Below, in pieces: positions 1-27,000 of a stretch of DNA of 64,000 nucleotides. The notes below the pieces were generated by a model that had not been told where the DNA came from, ran no database searches, and was given only the letters and a program-made list of their open reading frames with translations. The translations under genes were made by a program, and so were the position numbers. Source of the DNA: Balanoglossus misakiensis (lineage: Eukaryota; Animalia; Hemichordata); the NCBI GenBank assembly GCA_040954595.2, contig CM082594.2, forward strand, positions 2,527,319 through 2,591,318, given 5' to 3'. Each line of letters begins with the position of its first letter. Position 1 is the stretch's first letter.

Positions 1-151
1 TGGTCAATACCTTTGGGCGAGGGGACTGCATATTTCACTGAAGAATATTTCCATCCTTCCATCCATCCACGTACCAATCCATTCGTTCTTCCGTTTATCC
101 ATTTGTTCGTTCCTTAGTTCACTAACTCACTCACTCGTTCATTCATCAAAA

Positions 152-1081
152 ATGGCAAATGAGTGGCCAGGATTTTTCTACGATGGATTCTTCTTTATTG
201 ACTCCCTACACGATAGGGACACTGTGAAAAAACACAGGCTGAATGACTGGGATATCAGAAGCGACGATATCGTCATCGCAACCTTTCCCAAATCAGGGAC
301 GTATTGGATGATCAACGCAGTGACAAAGATGTTTGGAGATATAAATTTACTGCTGCCGAAGACCAAGAGTGCAGTCCGTCTCGATCAATTGTGCGAGAGT
401 TCGGAGGATAAACCCGGCAGGTACGGAGACCAGACGAGGGCCTTGAAAACGTCTTTACATGAGATGCCTTCACCAAGGTTATTGTATTGTCACCTGCCCT
501 TCCAATTCTATCCAACAGCATGGAAAGAAGGCCGCATGAAATGCAAGGTAATTTACATAACGAGAAACCCGAAAGATGTCTGTGTATCGTTCTACCATAA
601 TATGAAGGATATGAAGTTGTTTGGCATGAGAATGAGCTGGGAAAATTGGGTGCCCGCTTTTATAGAGGGTAGAACGTGGTGTGGACCCTGGTTGGATCAC
701 GTGATCGCCTCAAGACGCCTGGTCGAGCAGTATGGCCAGCAAGAAGGAGTGCTGTACGTCACCTATGAAGACATGAAAAAGGATCTGAAGTCTGTCTTGG
801 CCCGAGTTGCTGACTTTCTAGATCGCCCTATGCCCGATAAGGAAATTGAGAGCGTAGTACAGGCCTGCAGCTTCGGTGCTATGGCCAAGGGGGAAGATTT
901 CTACCGGCGTGTGTGCGCGTGCTCAGACGGGCACGCTTTTACAGATGGAGCGACACATTTACGCAAAGGCGTGGTCGGCGATTGGAAAAGGCATTTCACA
1001 GTTGCACAGAACGAAGCCTTTGACCGTGAAATTACAAGTAAACTGGAGAAATTTGGATTAAATTTGGTGTGTGAAATGTAG
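152..1081 (+). CDS. Cytosolic PAPS-dependent sulfotransferase (SULT family), intronless CDS
   Basis: 309-aa ORF with 5'-PSB loop TFPKSGTYW, catalytic His in PRLLYCHLP, 3'-PB motif YITRNPKDVCVSFYH, YEDMKKD and C-terminal RKGVVGDWK. Confidence 0.93.
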   Translation: MANEWPGFFYDGFFFIDSLHDRDTVKKHRLNDWDIRSDDIVIATFPKSGTYWMINAVTKMFGDINLLLPKTKSAVRLDQLCESSEDKPGRYGDQTRALKTSLHEMPSPRLLYCHLPFQFYPTAWKEGRMKCKVIYITRNPKDVCVSFYHNMKDMKLFGMRMSWENWVPAFIEGRTWCGPWLDHVIASRRLVEQYGQQEGVLYVTYEDMKKDLKSVLARVADFLDRPMPDKEIESVVQACSFGAMAKGEDFYRRVCACSDGHAFTDGATHLRKGVVGDWKRHFTVAQNEAFDREITSKLEKFGLNLVCEM

Positions 1082-2077
1082 GATACAGAGCGTTGAAATT
1101 CGGGTCTGCCAATTTGGCGTTTTGATTTTCTTTCCAATTGACTTTGCATATTAATGTTGTCACTATTTTAGGCTTCATTCTTCTATAGGCATTCTCTAGC
1201 TTCAATTTTCGTTTATGATGTTCTTATGACGATGGTGGTGGTATTATTAATATATTTTGAAGAAATTTCGAGACAATTGTCGCTCTGTGCTGACAAGAAG
1301 AAAATAAAAAAATATTGATATGTTTAATGGCGGGTGTTGTTATCTTCTGTGGCGACTACGCCGTGATGAAAGTGTGTTGTCGAGGTCAATAAACTCGGAA
1401 TGTGCTGTAGCCTAAATAGTGAATTATCTGCCGAGGTCAGGCTGCATGAATGCGGGGTCGAATGCCAAAATGCAACCAAGCGTTTTAACTGGCTAGTTAT
1501 ACTTTGCGAAACAGCGAAACAACGAAACAGCGAAACAACGAAACAGCGAAACATGGCGATACCATTATTAAAATAGGGGCCAGTCATCAAGACGGTGGCG
1601 TATGATTTTTTTAAAAGTTTCCAAATTAAAACGTAAGCGAGCCAAGAAAACTACAGGTCAGATAAATTGTTTTCTCGGAAATTCAACATTAGAATCAAAT
1701 TTGGCGTTGGAAACAAACGGCGGGTCAACGTCCGAAGGATGGAGGGGCGTAACACAACAAACAAATGGAATTCCAAATGGAAATGTAACAAGCAAGAAGT
1801 GGGTGTAAGGTCATGTGCGCAGCCGACCCGGACCAAGTCTTGCTGATCGGACAATGGTACGAGATTAAATTACAGAAAAAAGGCTTCTAATAGAGAACGT
1901 AAGAAAACATTAAATTAATTTCTTTATTACATGTAAGAAAACAATGATTAATTTTGTAAACAACCCGGAAATGTGTTTACAGGAAACGCTGTTTTTTAGA
2001 GGGTGTGCACTGTAATTATTGGCATTTCCGTTCCGGACTTCCGGTTTCCTTCCAACTCGTGTACAAAGGTCATGCAC

Positions 2078-2078
<1 letters not shown>

Positions 2079-2142
<64 letters not shown>
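2079..2142. repeat. (TTGA)n microsatellite
   Basis: Direct reading. Confidence 0.95.
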
Positions 2143-2143
<1 letters not shown>

Positions 2144-2145
2144 CA

Positions 2146-2313
2146 TCAGCTTGAGAATCTTGCTGCAATATGGATGCTGCCCGTGGCATTCGGGTTCGGC
2201 CACTCCACTAACACGGCGAACACGGAATCCATTATGTTTGCCTTTTGCGTGTGTGCAGTAGAAGTCACCATTGCCAGCAGGAGAAAGCTGAAGAAGGTTG
2301 CTACCTTCGCCAT
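2146..2313 (-). pseudogene. Orphan signal-peptide exon fragment resembling exon 1 of the NRF-6/O-acyltransferase-like gene
   Basis: Reads MAKVATFFSFLLLAMVTSTAHTQKANIMDSVFAVLVEWPNPNAT, versus TVNTQNVLEGTFAVLERTLQPNVTNAT at 49436. It then runs into a short repeat shared with 22729-22771 and an (AATC)n tail. Confidence 0.35.
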
Positions 2314-2541
2314 GGCGAGGAATTAAGTCAGTTTACCAATGGCAGTCACATTGCACTCACATGAGAATCGACTGTTGTATTCAATGAGTGTACCCCCGTA
2401 CCTAAGGCAAACACCACACACAATACAATGCATGTAGAGAAAAGGGAAAGTTGACACACTTTCCAGCCAACTACCGGTTTTACGTAACGGTTGCCCATGA
2501 CGATCAATAATAGGAAAGCGAAAATATCCCTTGCATGTTTA

Positions 2542-2683
2542 AGCAATAACCCCCGCCGCAGGCGGGTATACACGAGATTTGGGTACAATTCGAGACATAT
2601 AGCACGAGCCGTCAGGCGAGTGCTATATGGAGCGAATTGTACCCAAACCGAGTGTATACCCGACTGAGGCGGGGGTTATTGCT
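2542..2683. repeat. 142-bp imperfect palindrome, probably the core of a non-autonomous DNA element (~2505-3120)
   Basis: Arms agcaataacccccgcc..cgggtatacac..ttgggtacaattcg..catatagcac and gtgctatatg..cgaattgtacccaa..gtgtatacccg..ggcgggggttattgct. Confidence 0.85.
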
Positions 2684-3506
2684 ATTATATTATATCAACA
2701 ACTGTTTTTGTGGCATATCAGTGTCATTTTCTTACCGAAACGGCGTCAGAAAGAGAAATTACGATCGTGAACCAACATGGCGACGATGAATGTAAACACG
2801 AGCGGCCGCGATCCAGCCGGGATCGAGCATTAAACATGAAGCAGACGACAAAAAGTGACAAGACGGACATCGCGCGTGGCAAAGTGACAAATATTTCCAC
2901 AGAGCAGTTCCAAAATAAAATTTCCGTTAATTCAACAGTATTTTTTTTATTTATTTGGTTTAAACACGCGCGACTGTGGTTTAACCGCACATTTTGCTGC
3001 CGTATGCTAGTTCAGGGGCCCGTTTTACCACAGCTAGCCTTGGTAAAACAGTATTTTACCATGGCTGGATTCACCTCTCGTCCAATCAGAATCGCGGACG
3101 GTAGCATGATATAATATAATAAGAGTTAACCCATCGGTATTTACCTAGATTTTTACAGCGTTGTTGCGACAAGTGAGAACGTAGCTTATGGACAGAGGAC
3201 ACAGAGCGACTCAAAATATTAATCCTCTTTTTTTTTTTTTACAAATGACAGATATAGTGTCTCTGAAACGTTTCCAGTTTTACCCAGTGTGAACATGGTA
3301 TATGTTGCGTCTTCCAACAAATGACACATACATCACTGTTTGGCTGCATGGTATGACCCATAAACTTTATTGCGCCATCTACGGGTATAATTAGAGGAGG
3401 AATCACATACATTAATTTTTATGACATTACCGATGCTTATTGTCGTATAACTACAGCCTACCATGTCCAAATGCTATTAGCTCATATTTCAAACTACAGT
3501 TATCAA

Positions 3507-19840
<16,334 letters not shown>

Positions 19841-21132
19841 CTTTACATTATCTCTCGGGCACTGCAAGAAAATATGAGGATCCCATATGCTTTGCGTCCA
19901 TTTTACAAGAATCATGACTAAAAGGGTCGTTTGTACATTTTGGGCGACGGCTTCAAAACGACAGAAAACCGTCCAGGCGACGCTGTAGGTAAATAGACTG
20001 AAACTTTTTCATCTGAAATACCTTTTCATACATGCAACACCTACACGTATGATCAGAAGAAGATTTGGTCTGTAGTTTTGAACACGTGTCCGGAAGCTGG
20101 GTGGGCTATGTCTATATTGTGTCTACGTGATTCCGTGGGGGTATTATGCGATTGTAGTTTCTCTGTTATCGATATGACCTCATTCCAATTATATAAAAAA
20201 AGAAGTGCCAGCGAAAAAAACAAACACGCACTGGACTGTCGCGGAAACAAATCCAATCTGACATCACGAGCTATTCAGGGTCGACATGTCCTTGGGTGTG
20301 TTTACATTGGATTCGAATCTGTTCTTTTCCTCAAGTGTCTGTACCACACCACTGAAGTGACCCTAATCGCGTTTTGCAAAATCGATAGCGAAACCGTCAG
20401 CAAGAATTGCTGTCGAAGAGAATTGTGCTAAATACAACATTAGTGATTCGAACAAACCGTTAATTGGCTGCGTTAGAAGAAAAGGTAAATCCACAGCGGT
20501 AGAAAGTTAAGATTTGCTTTGATGCCTTTGCGATTCCGTAAGTAGTCGGAGATCCTGTTGCAAGGCTTTCTCAGTCACGTTTTATCCCACCTACATACAT
20601 ACGGTGAACTACTATACTTGCAAGACACGAAGTTCAGCCCGCAGTGGACTGATTTAGGCATGCGCACCTGTTAATGTTGGTAGTCGTCAAATTGTTTCAC
20701 GATAAAACTCAACATTCGTACCATTGTGCTTGATGCCGAATAAATCCGCTCCGATAGATTCTAAACGTATGTTTAGTGACGTGCAAAAGTGTACATTGAT
20801 TAAAGAATAGGTGGTCCTATACACATCATAATATCTATAGCGTGGGTCATTACAAACAGGCAACGTGAGAATAAAATCAGAATTGTACGGACATACCACG
20901 AATGAGACAGTTGTATAGAACTAGCATCGATACACGAATACAGGCAAAATAGTTGGCATTTACCTCAGACGTCCGCTGCTGCTCCGCCACCAGTGTGAAG
21001 GATACGTTCAATACGTGGTATTTTATGCTACTGACAACCTGACTGCGCATGTACCAATTATGCGTGAGTGAAGAAAGCCAATCACGTGGTGACGTCAAAA
21101 AGTTGCAAGGTCGGAAAAATTCTAACAGTACA

Positions 21133-21345
21133 TTTTCACGAACCCTAGATGACCCTACATTCTTGTACTTCCGTTGGTATTAAGACTTCTTCAGGTTTTC
21201 TAAAACTTATTCAAATACTCAATTATTGCAGCTGTAGTCAATGAATCACGGCACGTGACTGCTTTTCAAGCAACAGAATGTTGAATTTTGACAACCCATA
21301 CTGACGAAAGTACGGGGATGTAGGGTCATGTTGTGGTCATGAAAA
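21133..21345. repeat. Imperfect ~48-bp inverted repeat, probable MITE relic
   Basis: ttttcacgaaccctagatgaccctacattcttgtacttccgttggtat versus the reverse complement of atactgacgaaagtacggggatgtagggtcatgttgtggtcatgaaaa. Confidence 0.6.
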
Positions 21346-23325
21346 TGACGCTTTCTTTAGTACGGCGGGTTAGGGCCCTATAGCTTTTTGATCCGACAAA
21401 TCGATTTGGTGAAAAATAAGAAACTATGGTTGGACCTCAGTAATAGGTAGGCGTTATTGTTGAACAGAAGCAATTGCACGCGACCAAATTTTCAACATCA
21501 AAATGCGCACCATAGTCTTAGACATTCATTGAACTTGATATACAATTCTCCTCCGTGTTATCGCAATTAATCTAATGTGCATTGTGGGACAGCTGCACAT
21601 GCGCATGGGACGTTTCCCAACATAGCTCGGTTGTCAGAGGGGGCAGTGTGGTGCAAATTGTTTTTTTTTTATTCCAAGGGTGAGTTGTTGACAATTTTGA
21701 GGTGGTTCTTCTAATATTCTTCATACACGGCAATGAAACGTTTTCCAAAATATAATAAGCTGTGGAACATAAAGGACAAGCTATCGAAAATCTTTACGAA
21801 TTTGTTTACCATATGGAGTCTTATCCGAGTTGCCGGTCGCACAGTATTTCATGGTAAATCAGGAATGTCTTGATATTCAAGGCACTTAATGTTGAGCAAA
21901 TAAATTGAGATGTGTTATTTCTATCTGACCGCAAAAGCAAAAACAACAAAAAACTAAATAAACTTTTATCGAATTTTTTTTCTTCAAAATCGACATGTGC
22001 CGATCCCATCTATATAGTTGGCTTGACGTCAGTCTGCTATAAATCATGCATATGGTTTTTATATGGTGTTCATGTACTATTTAAAAGACCCGTTCTCATT
22101 TTAATCGAGTATCGAATCATACCCTGGTTGAACTGAATACGGTAACTGAATAATCTGGACATACAGGTTTGCTGCCTTGCAATATGTTCCAGCGAACCCA
22201 ACACACTCAACCCATAAGGTTTTAATGGCAGAATCGTGAGATTGCCATACACAATTGAGCAGTCTTCTCCCGAGACCGATATCTTCCATTCACCAGCCCC
22301 CCCAGCCCCCAGGGGGATATCAGTTCTAACCCCGAGAGTTTGCCGCCAGATCAACGTCTTCAGCGCGTGCCAGATTAATAAAAACAAGTGCCTTAACGAC
22401 AGAAGGCCTGGGTGCTATCTTATCAAACCTATAAAATTCGGCCGTATTCTCATAAAACGTTTACTATTGATAAAATATGCATGTCCCAATTTCGCTGTGG
22501 AAAGTACCAGGGCGCCAAATGAGCCTGCGTGGGTAACCCCCCCCCCCCCCCACCCCAACAATCAGTCGTGCCATAGAACTAATGCTTTCGCTGAAGCATG
22601 TACGGGCAGACAGAAATGTCCATGTGAAATAATACTAAACAAGCGTGTTTGAAGCAACATCAGATTAAATTGAAATTGAATGCGATAAATCTGGAGTCAT
22701 AGTTGGAAACGACATGGATTGATTGGTCGATTGATTGTCAGCTTGCGAATCTTGCTGCAATATGGATGCTGTGAGGGGTGCAGATATCTGATGAACATGG
22801 CCACAAACATTGCTGATATAGGGCTGTATATAGGGCACAGTGATTACCTACACATGGCTTAACTATTACAGGCTCTGGGAAAAGGCGTTAACTCTCTAAT
22901 AGTCGGGTTTGTCTTGTGGCAAGCTTCGCTTTGGTGTCGTTCACCGTTTCTCCGCCAATAGACAAAAGTGTGAGTAACAAAACGTAACGTAAAATATGAG
23001 GATACAAAATAGAGAATCTGCAGAGGTTTTTTTCGGATAATTACTCATTATTCTATGTTGCTCTCCTCTGTGGCCAGTGGCATAGCACATCTGTATTTAT
23101 GAAATCTCAGAACTTCAAATGACACGGGAAACCTAAACTGTGGATTGGTTTCGCTGGTATCAATACGCAGACTCTGTAGATTAGACATGCAATTTAATAA
23201 CCCGTATCTTTTATTCGTATTAAAATTAATAGGCACTATATCATGCAAATCAACAACCCGTGTCATACTCGTCGACCTTTGCACACAAAAAAACGGGACA
23301 TGGGCGTACGACAATTGCTGACGTC

Positions 23326-23823
23326 AGTAGTATAGGTTGGAGCCGTAGCACTCTCATTTGGGGAGGATGAGGAGCTGAGGAGCTGAGGAGCTGAGGATGA
23401 GGAGCTGAGGAGCTGAGGAGCTGAGGATGAGGAGCTGAGGAGCTGAGGAGCTGAGGAGGAGGAGCTGAGGAGGAGGAGCTGAGGAGGAGGAGCTGAGGAG
23501 GAGGAGCTGAGGAGGAGGAGCTGAGGAGGAGGAGCTGAGGAGGAGGAGCTGAGGAGCTGAGGAGGAGGAGCTGAGGAGGAGGAGGAGGAGGAGGAGGAGG
23601 AGGAGGAGGAGGAGGAGGAGCTGAGGAGGAGGCGGAGGAGGAGGAGCTGAGGAGGAGGAGGCGGAGGAGGAGGAGGAGGAGGAGGAGGAAGAGGAGGCAG
23701 ACATGGTCCCCTAAGTTGGTGGAAAATTGAGATATGGCTAAGTATATATGGAACGTGCTTTGATTGGTGGACTTTCTGCAAAGCATGATGTTGGGAGGAG
23801 GCAGAGGAGGCAGTGGAGGTGAT
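23326..23823 (+). repeat. Polinton left TIR with internal (GAG)n/GAGCT array
   Basis: Reverse complement of 38267-38790 apart from array length. Confidence 0.93.
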
Positions 23824-24087
23824 GAGAGGCGAAGGAGGCCTATCACCCATGAGGTAGACAACCCTAAATGTTGGGAGGAGGCAGAGGAGGCGATGAGAGG
23901 CGGAGGTGTATCACCCCCTAAGGTAAGGAACCCTAAATGTTGGGAGGAGGCGGAGGCAGGTATTTCCGGCTGGTCCGATCTCTTCATTTGTATACCATAC
24001 CATGATTATCTAAGTGCGCCATCTACCGATTGATACCATTTATTCTTTCGGTACACTATTTCACGACATTGTATTCTGTTGACTACA

Positions 24088-27000
24088 ATGAGCTGGGACA
24101 GTTCTCCCGAGTTTTCGGCCAGTCAGTGGCAGGAAATTTTAAGTCTTGAGCGTGGGAATGCGAGGGAAGAAACCGAACATAGCCAGGTAAGTTTTTCATG
24201 TAAAATAAATGTTATCGTAGTCACTCGATCGCGCACAGTGTAATTCGCGCCCTGTGTATGGAACTGTCGTCTGCGTCATGTCCGAATTGACATTGACGTG
24301 GATTTCTCCACCAAAATACGCCAATGAATTGAAATCATAAACTAAAATATGTTAGAAATTTTAAATTAAATTTACGGGTGTAAATTAAATTGGTATAAAC
24401 ATGTTAAAAAACAGCTCCTGTATGAAAGGTGGATATTTCACTGTATGTTGTCGATTGATATGCCGGCCGGGGTCGTACATACAGTACACAGGTAAAGCAC
24501 ATAGTGTCGCTCTGTTCAACACACTCTGGCATCGAAATATGTTCGATTCAGGTTTACAAAATCTCCGACTCATCGTTAATGAAAGGTTTAATAACCCAAT
24601 GTGTTTGTATATTCTTATTAAATGCTAGATCAATGTCAACATTCAAAAAAAAAAAAAAAAAAAAAAAACATTTTTGCCTCAAAACGATCGTGGGTGAACA
24701 TCCGCACACTACTCGTAGTGTCGCTGGGCCAGTATACACGGCACTGTTACGCACGGATTCCAATTAACACGCCTTTGTTATTTAAATCAGCACATCGTCA
24801 CAATGTTACTATATTGTTCCCCATTCATTCCTCATGTAGGACACTCACGTGTATGACGCGTGCCTGTTTGCCAGATGGGTTAAATTTCATCACACATTAG
24901 CAGTTAAAAGTGAGATGTTTTCTGTACTTGATGGTCGTGTTTAACCTTATACACACGTATGCGTTTCCTTGTAATAGGATCAGCATGAACTCGCTGCAGG
25001 GAGTGAGTCACAGCATCACAATTTGATTGCACCGCATCCAAACGTAATCGGGTAAGTTTTACCTTTCTTTCTTTCTTTCTTTCTTTAGAACAATTAATTT
25101 AATAGAAACGAAGAATATTTGTACTTTTTTCTTCTTCTTATCTATCATTTTCGTTTAATAGGGACACCGGGGAAGAAGAAATGGAAAGACAGGATACGGG
25201 TGCCTCATCATCCAAGAGATATAGGTAAAATGATTATTATTGAACTTCACCGCCCTTACAATGTATGAATGTATGTACATGCATGCATGTATGATGATAC
25301 AGTTATGTTTGTAATTGTGTATTTGATTATTTTCAGAATTATGCCAGATCCTTCAAAGTCGACCAAACATCAGCCCTCACCTGAGTTTATGCAAGCTCTC
25401 AGGGAGATCGGTAATAATAATAATAATTCCCATCTGCAATGTCCTCACTGTGACAAATGTTTTCTACAACGTAAAAATTTAAAACGTCACATCATAATCC
25501 ACACAGAAAATAAGCAGTTTGCCTGCCCCAACTGCGAGTACCGTTCAAATAGGGCAGTTAACTTAAAACGCCATTTGCAAACAGTACACGGGGACAACGC
25601 CGAACGAGAGCACACCTGCAATATGTGCTCTCGGTCCTTCAAGCGAAAAGATAACTTGAAGCGACACGAAAATGTCTGCCATCGACCATCCACCCACAGA
25701 ATTGAATGTGATATATGCGACATGACCTTTACGAGAAAATCAATGTACACCGCTCATCTAAAAGTGCACAAAAAATTATCTCGTAATGTTTCGTTCAAAT
25801 GTGCCAGATGCCGCAGACGATTCAGATCGTTTCAGGCACTTAAAACACAGCCACAGCCATCAGCAAGTTGCATCCAGTTCTTCTTCTTCATCATCATCAT
25901 CTTCTTCCTCCTCTTCGTCCGCCGATGAAAATATTGCAACAGTGGTACAAGTCGGCGGTCGTGGTGATGACAAGAGAAGTAGCAGTACCGAAGAGACTTC
26001 CTCTTCTGACTCACTACCCGTCGATCCACTGGAACCGGTGTTTGATGACGATAATGATGATTCTGATGTTCGAGCTGTGTATCGGGCAAACTGGTCTCAC
26101 ATACGATCGAGACATCGTGAGGGAAATCCGTTGTTAGACGTGTACAACTTCAGAACGTCCGGAGGATTCCAACGGGAGCAATTGCAGAGGTATCTTTACA
26201 CCGTCCATGGGCGTCAGACCAATCAATATAAAGTCAACCTATCACTTGGTTTTTTGATGCAACATGTGGAGACGGGCGCAGTGAGGTACTTTTATCCATC
26301 ACACAACAACCACCTGTTGGATTCACCCGTCTTGATCCGAAATCACCGTGACCTGGCGAGCCTTATGACCCACCTGGGAGACGTCGACATTCCTGAGCAC
26401 ATGAAGCTGCACAGGCCAGACACGAAATGGGGTGTGAGTTTGATCACAAATGTGACGGTATACGTTGTTAAGATACCAAAACATTACATCGGCTGCACTG
26501 ATGTTGTTTTACCCGACTGTGTGACGACATGTCGAAGTGTGGCACCGTTACTTCTCTGCCCCCACACAGCTCAACCGTATGAAGACAACCTATGTTTTTT
26601 CCGCTGCCTCGCCTTAGCCAAGGGCTATACAGAGCGAAATCTTGAAGTTGCCGCAAAAAATTACAGCCGACAGTATGTTGCCCATAGAGGACAAACTCTT
26701 GACACTCCGTTCCAGGGCGTATCATTTGGTGATTTACCTGACTTAGAATCGATGTTTTCGATCAATATAGAGGTTTGTGAACTTTTTGTAGGAGGAGATG
26801 GTGGTTCACGATCGGAAAGGGTCGTCAAACACGTTGTGAAATCTGTGGGAAAACACAGTAACACCATGTACGTCAACCATCACCAAGGTCACTTTTCGTT
26901 TGTCAAGGACTTTGACCACTATGCGCAATCGTACAAATGTTCCCATTGCGGTAAATTGTTTGATCGATTTAAAAACCTCAACAAGCACGAGAAGATATGC

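Noticed and set aside
1507-1553. (CGAAACAG/A)n 8-bp tandem
   Set aside because: Short simple repeat with no supportable element boundaries.
23250-24033. Pro/Ser/Leu-rich ORFs at the left Polinton end (and 38135-38826 at the right end)
   Set aside because: Products of the TIR GAG/CTC array, open in several frames and crossing the element boundary.
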